Notes: a model not told the origin generated them from the sequence alone. A stretch of 17,575 nucleotides of DNA from a virus (IMGVR_UViG_3300037882_000610:1-17575), one strand, 5' to 3'. Positions 7,805 through 14,522 are shown, counted from the stretch's first letter. A program made the numbers and translations.

Positions 7805-9018
7805 CCTTTTTGCTCCAAATAACTGTTAGAGATACATTTGACGGAGAAAGGCGTCGTGTTGCTCTTGTAGACCTGACCCTCACGCTTCACGCCAGGGTTC
7901 ATGCCAGGGCCTTCAGCGGCTGCCAGCATCTTGTCCATGATGGAACGGCCATCAGCCGGCTCACCTTCTTGCCATAGCTTGAAGTTGAGGCTTGCTGTCG
8001 GCACATAGTCCAGGCCCGCAGCAGCGGTGTAGGCACGTGCCATGTACGGAAGAGCGTACTGCTGATCGTCGATCTTGTACACGTCATAGACGTACCACTC
8101 AGGCTTCTCCACCTTCTCGTAGTTGCCCTGGATGGTCGGTGCAATCAGCTCACCTTGGAATGCCAGAGAGCCTTCGTTGAGGCACAGCGCCTCGATCTTG
8201 GCAATCACGTCATGGTCGCGGACGTACTGAGCGAAGTGCGTGTTGCCATCGAGGTCGAGTTCGATGTTGCGGCTGCACACACCGAAGATAGCCAGAGGCG
8301 TGATGGCAGGCTTGCCAAAGGCACGGCCAAACCAATACTTCGCGGCTTGCCACAGCGTCAGCTTCTTCAGGTAGGCGGCTTCGTACTGCGCTGCACGCTT
8401 CTTAAACGCTTCAGCGAAGTGCGGACTGTCGTGACGCAGAGCATACACGGTCATGGAAGAGCCGTCAAGCTTTGTCGAGACTTCGAACGACTCGCCGCTT
8501 GCTGCTGCACGCTCGATTTGAGGCACAGCGTTTTGCACACGCTCTTGGTCAGTCTTCTGGATGAAGAACGGCCACTGGCTTGTGCGGCTTCGCTGATCGG
8601 CAGGGCCACCATTGGCAGCACGTTCCTCGGGCGGCTCGTATTTCTCAACATTGAGAAGTTCCGACACGTCATCGCCTTCGGTGAGCACACGCAGGCCCAG
8701 TACGGACTTGGACAGCTCAGGGAACGCACTGATGGGCAGGATCAGGCCTTGGCTCAGTTGCTTGCGAAGGCGGATCGTCTTCAGACGGATACGCATGACG
8801 CCATCACGTTCCTTGGCATCCTTTGCCAGGAATTCGAACGCGGGGTGTGCACCCGGCAGGAACGAGTCGATTTCGAAGTAGACGCCCAGGTCTCCAACGC
8901 TGAATTCGCCCTTCTTGACGACAACGTTCCAGCCCCCGATTTGGGCCACTTCGATTTTGTCCGCGCCCGGGATGGGCAGCAGAGAGGCGATTGCCTGGAT
9001 GCTTGCGAGTTTACGCAC
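7801..9018 (-). CDS. RNA ligase, Rnl2 / DRB0094 family
   Basis: N-terminal RKLASI...IPGADKIEVA...GW.VVVKKGEF..GD..VYFEIDS; motif I KLDGSS; GEL; YVYDV; EG.VYK; K.ISN.YL. Confidence 0.9.
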   Translation of the reverse strand: MRKLASIQAIASLLPIPGADKIEVAQIGGWNVVVKKGEFSVGDLGVYFEIDSFLPGAHPAFEFLAKDAKERDGVMRIRLKTIRLRKQLSQGLILPISAFPELSKSVLGLRVLTEGDDVSELLNVEKYEPPEERAANGGPADQRSRTSQWPFFIQKTDQERVQNAVPQIERAAASGESFEVSTKLDGSSMTVYALRHDSPHFAEAFKKRAAQYEAAYLKKLTLWQAAKYWFGRAFGKPAITPLAIFGVCSRNIELDLDGNTHFAQYVRDHDVIAKIEALCLNEGSLAFQGELIAPTIQGNYEKVEKPEWYVYDVYKIDDQQYALPYMARAYTAAAGLDYVPTASLNFKLWQEGEPADGRSIMDKMLAAAEGPGMNPGVKREGQVYKSNTTPFSVKCISNSYLEQKG

Positions 9019-9205
9019 GTTTCTTCTCCTTCTTGGTCAGTTGTAGCACAGGGATGCCGATCGACGTTACGTCAGCTTCGATTTCGAATACATCACCCTG
9101 TGCTGTCTTGATGGTGACGACGTTGCAAGCGCGATTGTTCACGCTCACGATGTGTGCGTCCTTGAGCTTCTGGAAGCCAGGAGCCCCTTTTATTTGACGT
9201 GGCAT
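9011..9205 (-). CDS. Hypothetical protein
   Basis: 64 aa, AGGAGG RBS. Confidence 0.7.
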   Translation of the reverse strand: MPRQIKGAPGFQKLKDAHIVSVNNRACNVVTIKTAQGDVFEIEADVTSIGIPVLQLTKKEKKRA

Positions 9206-9213
9206 TGTTCCTC

Positions 9214-9387
9214 CTAAGCCCAGTCGGGCGGGTAGTCGTATGGATCATCGTTGGCCGACATAGGCGCAAAGACGCCGCAGCCATCAACGAGAAAAGCCAC
9301 GTAGTCTAGCACACCCGCGAACGGAATGTCTAGGGCTCTCAGGTGCAAAGAGCGTAGTCTGTGGATGGAGGGTTCGTCGTCATTCAT
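9214..9387 (-). CDS. Small hypothetical protein, 57 aa (below the ORF-track cutoff)
   Basis: MNDDEPSIHRLRSLHLRALDIPFAGVLDYVAFLVDGCGVFAPMSANDDPYDYPPDWA; ATGA overlap. Confidence 0.6.
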   Translation of the reverse strand: MNDDEPSIHRLRSLHLRALDIPFAGVLDYVAFLVDGCGVFAPMSANDDPYDYPPDWA

Positions 9388-9599
9388 CCGACACGCACCA
9401 CGTCAACCACATCTGGCAGCAACCGCGCCTGTCCTGCACGCTGACCCACGAGGAACTTGTAGAACACGCTCCTGCCGACAACCAGCCGCTTCCCAGAGGC
9501 GAGGTCTTCTACGAAGTCATTGGCGTGAATGATGTCGTCCTCACGGAGCGATTGCCACGAGGGCAGAGCACAACCTTCAGGTTGGAACTTTTCGAACAT
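9384..9599 (-). CDS. Hypothetical protein
   Basis: 71 aa, AAGGAG RBS. Confidence 0.7.
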   Translation of the reverse strand: MFEKFQPEGCALPSWQSLREDDIIHANDFVEDLASGKRLVVGRSVFYKFLVGQRAGQARLLPDVVDVVRVG

Positions 9600-9774
9600 C
9601 TTTCTTCTCCTTCGGAAATTGAATTACAGCATCGGGCCAGAGCACTTTGATTGCCGTGTAAACCTGCTCGAACTTCTCAGGGCTTGGAAAGCTGTAAGTG
9701 TACTCCAGAATCTTCTCATTGTTGAGAAAAATCTCAACCGTCTGGGGCGGGTTCGTGTTTGGCCCCATGCTCAC
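9577..9774 (-). CDS. Hypothetical protein
   Basis: 65 aa, overlap coupling. Confidence 0.65.
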   Translation of the reverse strand: MSMGPNTNPPQTVEIFLNNEKILEYTYSFPSPEKFEQVYTAIKVLWPDAVIQFPKEKKDVRKVPT

Positions 9775-10196
9775 TCCGCAGGGACGTACTTGAAGACGTA
9801 GTAGCTGAGACGAACGAGGCCAGTCTCCTTGTCAGCGAAGCCGATGCTGCCCTGGCTGCCAAGATAGGTGCTCAACGTCCAACCTTCTTCGGCACAGTTG
9901 GCAAGCAACCACTGGGCGTACTCATTCCGGGCCGAAGGGTAGCCTAGGTTGGGAGCATGGGCTGTGCGGTTCTCTCGCACGCACTTCATGCCAACGTACT
10001 CCAGGCCACGGACAGTAGCCTTCAGATCGACGCTCCCACGAGATGCAATCAGCGCTCCGAATTGCTCCAAGCCCATGCGGATTTCCATGAACTGTATGCC
10101 GGATGTCTTGTCTTCGAATTCAATGCGGACAGACTCGCTGTCACGGCCTCCCATTGCATGCCCGATATGCACGCTGATGTCCAACTCCTTGCCCAT
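9771..10196 (-). CDS. Hypothetical protein (start moved to MGKELD)
   Basis: GGAGGT RBS directly before ATG 10196. Confidence 0.75.
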   Translation of the reverse strand: MGKELDISVHIGHAMGGRDSESVRIEFEDKTSGIQFMEIRMGLEQFGALIASRGSVDLKATVRGLEYVGMKCVRENRTAHAPNLGYPSARNEYAQWLLANCAEEGWTLSTYLGSQGSIGFADKETGLVRLSYYVFKYVPAE

Positions 10197-10251
10197 GTCA
10201 CCTCCAAATTCAAGATGCCGGCAGAACGCCAGCGATGACGAACTGTACCAC

Positions 10252-10281
10252 AAAAGAAAAAGCCCACCCTCCCGGGTGGGC
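10252..10281 (-). terminator. Rho-independent terminator downstream of the ClpP-like gene
   Basis: GCCCACCC-GGGA-GGGTGGGC stem followed by TTTTTCTTTT on the minus strand. Confidence 0.85.
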
Positions 10282-10286
10282 CAGCT

Positions 10287-10886
10287 TCACTCACTCATGA
10301 GCAAAGTGTAGCGATTTTGCAACCGCGTGCGAAATTCTTCAGCACCAAACCAATAGTCCTTGCCGTTGAGCATGGCTTCGATTTCGTCGTCGGACAGGAA
10401 GCCTCTGTAGGCAGAGCGCATCAGTCCGTCCATGTGACCCTTGGTGTATGCCGCAGCACTCACCCAGTCACTGTACTTGCTTCCAAAGCCTACGGCTCCA
10501 TTGTGCACCAGTGCGTTGAACCCGTCGCTGAATGCTACCTGCTCGGGATGAGCACGCATCAGGATCAGTGTACCAGCGCTGTGCACACCTCCAGAGGCGA
10601 TGTAGACCACGCGGGCCTCTGTGGCTTCCAGAGCTTGCAAGAACGTGTCAGTCGCGTCGATGTCGCCTCCCGGCGTGCTGATGTTGACGAGGAAGGTATC
10701 GTCTTCTCCTGCGACTTGCAGTGCCTCAATGGCGGGGATGAACTGCTCTGCGTCCTTGATGACTCCGAAGATGAAGAGGTTGTAGACCGTCTCTTCTTCC
10801 GTCACCATGCGAGACACGTGGAACGGCTCAGTGTCTTTCTCGAATTCATCGGCGTCGCTACTACGCGGTCGTACTCGTTTGAACAT
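10287..10886 (-). CDS. ClpP-like serine protease
   Basis: ISTPGGD, HSAGTLI (catalytic Ser), VHN (His) and DYWF motifs. Confidence 0.8.
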   Translation of the reverse strand: MFKRVRPRSSDADEFEKDTEPFHVSRMVTEEETVYNLFIFGVIKDAEQFIPAIEALQVAGEDDTFLVNISTPGGDIDATDTFLQALEATEARVVYIASGGVHSAGTLILMRAHPEQVAFSDGFNALVHNGAVGFGSKYSDWVSAAAYTKGHMDGLMRSAYRGFLSDDEIEAMLNGKDYWFGAEEFRTRLQNRYTLLMSE

Positions 10887-10895
10887 AGCGGCTCC

Positions 10896-11660
10896 TTAGG
10901 TGTTGTGAAAATACATCTTGACAAAGGCCCGGGTCATGCCACTACGCAGCACGTCTTCGGGCAGGAATCGGACAGCACCAATGCCGTCGTCCAGGGCGTC
11001 CATGTCTTCATGGTTCATGTACTCGGGGTGCCCTTGCAAGGTCTTGTCAATCAACTTGAGTGTTGTTTCCAAGCCACTGTCACCCTTCAAGTCGTGCTGC
11101 TTTGTGTCGCCAGTGAAGATGATTTGGCAGTTGTCGCCCAGGCGGGTCAACATCATTTCCATTTCTTCTGCTGTGAAGTTCTGCACCTCTTCGGCGATGA
11201 CAAGGCAGTTCTCGAACGACATGCCACGCAAGTATTCAACGGGCTTCAGTTCGATGTCCTTGGCCTTCAGGGCATGATCCAGAGGGCCAGGGCCTAGGAA
11301 CTTGCTCAAGTGGGCAATCGTCTGTGCGAAGTAGGGTGCCAGCTTCTCTTCAATCTCTCCTGGCAGCAGACCGATGGACTTGCCGACAGAGACAGCGGGT
11401 CGCACAAGGTAGACCTTGCGGATGGCCTTGGAGCTGAACTGTGTGGCTGCACGGTAGGCTGCAAGCAGGGACTTGCCGGTGCCAGCACTGCCAGTGAGGA
11501 AGACAACAGGGCGACCCTCTTGCAGGTAGCCTAGCGCTTCACGCTGACGGGAATTCTTGGGTTCAAGCCGAGGTACAGGCTTGGGAATGATGCGAGGCGT
11601 AGGGATTTCCATCGCTTGCATCTGACGTTCACGCCGCGTCAGGCGTTTCGTATGCTTCAT
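10896..11660 (-). CDS. phoH: PhoH-family ATPase
   Basis: GSAGTGKS, RPAV, LPG...EKL.PY, YLRGMSF, EE.QN, RLG and GD.KQ.DL motifs. Confidence 0.93.
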   Translation of the reverse strand: MKHTKRLTRRERQMQAMEIPTPRIIPKPVPRLEPKNSRQREALGYLQEGRPVVFLTGSAGTGKSLLAAYRAATQFSSKAIRKVYLVRPAVSVGKSIGLLPGEIEEKLAPYFAQTIAHLSKFLGPGPLDHALKAKDIELKPVEYLRGMSFENCLVIAEEVQNFTAEEMEMMLTRLGDNCQIIFTGDTKQHDLKGDSGLETTLKLIDKTLQGHPEYMNHEDMDALDDGIGAVRFLPEDVLRSGMTRAFVKMYFHNT

Positions 11661-11677
11661 GTACCTCCTAAAACTTC

Positions 11678-11902
11678 TCAGTAGCCCTTGGGCTCTACTT
11701 CGCCGCGCAGTAGCACAGGCACATGCTGAAGTTCAGCCTGACGCTTGCGTCCCCATTGTGCGAAGATAAAGTGCTGAAGACTGGCACCCTCACTAGGCAC
11801 TTCGCCAGTGGAGAAAGCACCCACCAAGCCCTTGTAGTAGTCGAGCTGGGTCTGGGTCTCGCGCAGTTGCTGCTTCAGCGCAGCGAAGCTGGTCTTGCTC
11901 AC
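11678..11902 (-). CDS. Hypothetical protein
   Basis: 74 aa, GTGA overlap. Confidence 0.7.
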   Translation of the reverse strand: MSKTSFAALKQQLRETQTQLDYYKGLVGAFSTGEVPSEGASLQHFIFAQWGRKRQAELQHVPVLLRGEVEPKGY

Positions 11903-12201
11903 ACTGGAGCGTCTTCTTTGGCAGGGGTCTCTTCTGCCGGGGCTTCTGCAGGCTTCTCTGCCTTCAGCTTCTTTGCTGAGCGGGCATTCGCTAGAATGTC
12001 TGCACGCGTAGGCGTCTTGTCGATCAAACTCTCATCTTTGAGAAGATGGACTTCGTAGAGGTAGCCGTACACGTCGCCAGGGAAGCTTGGATCAACCTCC
12101 CAGCCGTCCTTCAGTGCTTCAGCGAATTGTCCGAGGAAAACACTCAGGTTTGCGTCGATGACGATTTTTTGTGCCAGAATAGGCTTCGTTTCTTCTGTCA
12201 A
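11899..12201 (-). CDS. Hypothetical protein with a low-complexity acidic/Ala/Pro tail
   Basis: 100 aa, AAGGA RBS, TTG start. Confidence 0.7.
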   Translation of the reverse strand: MTEETKPILAQKIVIDANLSVFLGQFAEALKDGWEVDPSFPGDVYGYLYEVHLLKDESLIDKTPTRADILANARSAKKLKAEKPAEAPAEETPAKEDAPV

Positions 12202-12203
12202 GT

Positions 12204-12350
12204 TCAGTCCTTTGGTGGGAAGTTGTCGGTCAGGTCTGGAGTCACCAGCTCTTCATCCTGAGTCTCTAGGTCAAGTCGTCGAATGACTTCGGCGAGGTCT
12301 GGAACGGCTTCGTCAGGCCACTCTACAGCCTCGTCAGAATTTCGGGGCAT
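12204..12350 (-). CDS. Small acidic hypothetical protein (48 aa, start moved to MPRNSD)
   Basis: GGAGG RBS a few nt before ATG 12350. Confidence 0.6.
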   Translation of the reverse strand: MPRNSDEAVEWPDEAVPDLAEVIRRLDLETQDEELVTPDLTDNFPPKD

Positions 12351-12405
12351 GTTGCCTCCCTTTATAGATGTACAATATATAAATACTGTATATGATATGT
12401 CTATG

Positions 12406-12480
12406 CTTGACTGACTCGCTTCGCTCATCAGTCAAGAACACTAAAGAAATACACTAAGTAGAACACTATAGTGTACACTA
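12406..12480. repeat. Hairpin with a CTCGCTTCGCTC loop plus four ACACTA direct repeats
   Basis: CTTGACTGA/TCAGTCAAG stem 12406-12436; ACACTA at 12438, 12451, 12463, 12475. Confidence 0.75.
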
Positions 12481-12504
12481 TAGACTACTCTATATATTAT
12501 CAAT

Positions 12505-12534
12505 AGTGTAGCACGAGACTCCCCTCCTTGTCAA
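12505..12534 (-). promoter_or_regulatory. Sigma70-like promoter for the leftward block
   Basis: TTGACA-18 nt-TACACT with an extended -10 TG on the minus strand. Confidence 0.7.
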
Positions 12535-12638
12535 GAGGGCTGGGCAGCCCGAGTCTCAATTCGGAGAATTTGGCTTCCTTGGGAGGTGCAAAGACGAGCG
12601 AAGCGAGGAGGCTAGGGCAGGCCTGCCCTGTAAGGTAG

Positions 12639-12666
12639 TTGACAGGAAAAATATTTGTGCTACAAT
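12639..12666 (+). promoter_or_regulatory. Sigma70-like promoter for the rightward block
   Basis: TTGACA-16 nt-TACAAT with TGTGC extended -10. Confidence 0.75.
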
Positions 12667-12691
12667 GCCGTCTTTGAGGACTGGAGACTGA

Positions 12692-13024
12692 GTGAGCGAA
12701 TCAAACGGTGCCCCTCAGGTAGTAGAAGTCCAAAGCTTCCTGTCAACGGGCATCGACCTGAAGCGTTTGCTTCGGGATGTAGCTAAGCAATCCCGTCCAG
12801 CAGTAGAGGCCTTGGTAGAACTCCTGAAGAGCCAAGACGAAAAAATTAAGCTGGCAGCTGCAAAAGCTCTGCTAGAATTGAACATCAACGTCGCGACGGC
12901 CATCAACGATGACGCCCTTAAGCGATTGATTGCAGAGACGAAGATCGGCAACGGGCCGAAGCGTCTCATGGATGTAGACTCGGATGGTCCGTTGGTAAAT
13001 TTCCACGAGATTCGAGAAGTGTGA
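12692..13024 (+). CDS. Hypothetical alpha-helical protein (HEAT-like segment)
   Basis: AVEALVELLKSQDEKIKLAAAKALLE; GTG start after GGAG. Confidence 0.7.
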   Translation: MSESNGAPQVVEVQSFLSTGIDLKRLLRDVAKQSRPAVEALVELLKSQDEKIKLAAAKALLELNINVATAINDDALKRLIAETKIGNGPKRLMDVDSDGPLVNFHEIREV

Positions 13025-13410
13025 TGAGCTGGGCTACAATAGGCAGTAAGCGCCAGGGCCTTGTAGGGATAGGAGCAGCAATTGCTTTCTTTACTTCCCA
13101 GGGTCATTTGGTGAACATGCCCTTGAATGACTCCCAAGACTATGATATGATCGTGGATGACGGAGCAAACCTGAAGAAAGTTCAGGTCAAGACGACTAGA
13201 TGCAAGCAACCGAACGGAAATTTTGCAGTTTCCTTGAAAAGTTCGGGAGGGACAAAGGGCACAGTCTATGGACGAGTAGGAGAGGGCAACGCTGATCTTC
13301 TTTTTGTTCATACAGAGGCTGGTGACAACTACGTTTTGCCTGTAGAATACGTCAGAAATCATAGAGGACAGCTTGTACTAGGATCATTGGTGTCCCAGTT
13401 CAAGGTCTAA
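13021..13410 (+). CDS. PD-(D/E)XK endonuclease (PDDEXK_5 / group I intron-associated type)
   Basis: G.IG.AIA.F...G..V..PL.D...YD.IVD......KVQVKTT motif. Confidence 0.8.
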   Translation: MMSWATIGSKRQGLVGIGAAIAFFTSQGHLVNMPLNDSQDYDMIVDDGANLKKVQVKTTRCKQPNGNFAVSLKSSGGTKGTVYGRVGEGNADLLFVHTEAGDNYVLPVEYVRNHRGQLVLGSLVSQFKV

Positions 13411-13415
13411 AATTT

Positions 13416-13508
13416 GGGCGTCTTGGGGATATGGTGTGTGCCCCAACCGGCTGTAACCCGGTTCCCACGTGGTAAACATTCTTGGTTCGAATCCAAGGGC
13501 GCCCACCA
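13416..13508 (+). tRNA. tRNA-Tyr(GTA)
   Basis: GGGCGTC/GGCGCCC acceptor, ACCGG-CTGTAAC-CCGGT, long variable arm, TTCGAAT T-loop, ACCA. Confidence 0.9.
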
Positions 13509-13525
13509 AATTTGAAGGAGAGAAG

Positions 13526-13717
13526 ATGTTTGGACTTGGAAGTTTGCTTGGCGATGTAGCCAAGGCTGCTGTTGCTGTCGTTACGGTGCCTGTCGCTCTG
13601 GTGACTGACACGGCAGAGGTCGTTGGCCTGAAGAACGACAGTGGCAAGAGCCACACGGGCAATGCGCTAGGCGCTGTGGTGCAAAATCTCGAAAACGCAA
13701 TCGACCCTCGCAAATGA
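13526..13717 (+). CDS. Small hypothetical protein (63 aa, MFGLGSLLGDVAKAAVAVVTVPV...)
   Basis: AAGGAG RBS at 13515-13520. Confidence 0.75.
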   Translation: MFGLGSLLGDVAKAAVAVVTVPVALVTDTAEVVGLKNDSGKSHTGNALGAVVQNLENAIDPRK

Positions 13718-13812
13718 AGAATTTCTGTGCTACACTAGCGATTCTTGTTTCAGCTGTTGTTTATGTTGTGGCTGAGAGCATCGAAGGTGCGATTGAAACC
13801 TTATTCGATTAA
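13714..13812 (+). CDS. Small hydrophobic protein, 32 aa
   Basis: MKNFCATLAILVSAVVYVVAESIEGAIETLFD; ATGA overlap. Confidence 0.5.
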   Translation: MKNFCATLAILVSAVVYVVAESIEGAIETLFD

Positions 13813-13815
13813 GTC

Positions 13816-13843
13816 TTGACAAAGAAATAAAACGTGCTATAAT
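13816..13843 (+). promoter_or_regulatory. Sigma70-like promoter of the tRNA cluster
   Basis: TTGACA-16 nt-TATAAT with GTGC extension, about 10 nt before tRNA-Thr. Confidence 0.85.
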
Positions 13844-13852
13844 GCGCGTCTT

Positions 13853-13926
13853 GCCCCTGTAGCATGAAGGTCGTGCAGCTGCCTTGTAAGCATCAGGCCC
13901 GTGTTCGATTCACGGTGGGGGCACCA
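13853..13926 (+). tRNA. tRNA-Thr(TGT)
   Basis: GCCCCTG/TGGGGGC acceptor, CTTGTAA loop, CCGTG-TTCGATT-CACGG, ACCA. Confidence 0.9.
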
Positions 13927-13930
13927 AACG

Positions 13931-14003
13931 ATTCGTCTAGGCATGGTAGTCTGCGCAAACTGCCAACATTGGTGATGCAGGTTCAATTCCTGCCGGGCGA
14001 GCC
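13931..14003 (+). pseudogene. Degenerate tRNA-Gly(GCC)-like element
   Basis: Intact T-arm GCAGG-TTCAATT-CCTGC and CTGCCAA loop, but broken anticodon stem, GU-rich acceptor and no CCA. Confidence 0.55.
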
Positions 14004-14005
14004 TT

Positions 14006-14083
14006 GCGCAAGTGGAGGGAATTGGTATACCCTGCTGACTCAAAATCAGTTGTCTGTCAGTTCGAGTCTGACCTTGCGCACCA
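14006..14083 (+). tRNA. tRNA-Leu(CAA) with a short variable loop
   Basis: GCGCAAG/CTTGCGC acceptor, CTGA-CTCAAAA-TCAG, GTCAG-TTCGAGT-CTGAC, ACCA. Confidence 0.85.
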
Positions 14084-14197
14084 TGTGTTTTTAGACCCGC
14101 CAGGAGAAGAGCCTGCCAGCTCACACTCCACGAATGGCAGTTCGTGTTATTCTTGCCCAGAAAGCTTACAAAGGATAGATGGCGGGTCTAAGAGCAT
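14084..14197 (+). ncRNA. Unknown ncRNA element A (17-bp closing stem)
   Basis: 14086-14102 pairs with 14180-14196 (17 bp, 2 GU); internal alternative helices. Confidence 0.6.
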
Positions 14198-14200
14198 ATT

Positions 14201-14278
14201 CCGTCGTTAGCTCAATGGACTCAGAGCAACCCCGTTCTAAGGGGCCGGTTAGGGGTTCGAGTCCCTTACGACGGACCA
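14201..14278 (+). tRNA. tRNA-Arg(TCT)
   Basis: CCGTCGT/ACGACGG acceptor, GCTC/GAGC D-stem, GTTCTAA loop, TTCGAGT, ACCA. Confidence 0.88.
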
Positions 14279-14290
14279 AGAGTTCTTTGG

Positions 14291-14366
14291 TGTGGCTTTC
14301 AGCTAGTGGTCAAGCTCCGGGATTGTGATTCCCGTAACATGGGTTCAAATCCCATAGGCCACCCCA
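14291..14366 (+). tRNA. tRNA-His(GTG), genomic T at position -1
   Basis: GTGGCTT/AGGCCAC acceptor, CGGGA-TTGTGAT-TCCCG, ATGGG-TTCAAAT-CCCAT, C73-CCA. Confidence 0.88.
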
Positions 14367-14405
14367 AAGAATTTTCTTATCAGCAATGAGAAAGTGTAGT
14401 ACAAT

Positions 14406-14479
14406 GCTTCCAAGCACAAGGTGTGTCGCAGGCCTTCCAAGCCTCGCAGAGTAGGGTTCGATTCCCTCTGGACGCTCCA
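14406..14479 (+). tRNA. Atypical or degenerate tRNA-Gly(TCC)
   Basis: AGGC-CTTCCAA-GCCT, AGGG-TTCGATT-CCCT, U73-CCA; mismatches in the acceptor and T stems, aberrant D region. Confidence 0.6.
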
Positions 14480-14485
14480 GTCAAT

Positions 14486-14522
14486 GCCGGACGACTCTCG
14501 CCTAGTCCGCGAGCCGGCTCCA
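14486..14522 (+). ncRNA. 37-nt tRNA minihelix-like element ending in TCCA
   Basis: GCCGG/CCGGC stem, CTCGC-CTAGTCC-GCGAG hairpin, T-CCA end. Confidence 0.4.

Noticed and set aside
5439-11297. Long plus-strand ORFs (241, 286, 318 and 326 aa) and the minus-strand 280-aa ORF 15501-16343
   Set aside because: Antisense shadows of real genes with biased codon usage; no recognisable motifs or RBS.
12692-13024. Terminase small subunit
   Set aside because: Helical HEAT-like segment only; no adjacent large terminase in the window and no recognisable motif.
14084-14197. tRNA-associated HDV-like (theta) ribozyme after tRNA-Leu
   Set aside because: I could not assign the nested P1/P1.1/P2/P3/P4 double pseudoknot by eye; needs a descriptor search.
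14395-14405. Promoter TGTAGTACAAT before tRNA-Gly(TCC)
   Set aside because: No -35, and the implied start site would fall inside the tRNA acceptor stem.
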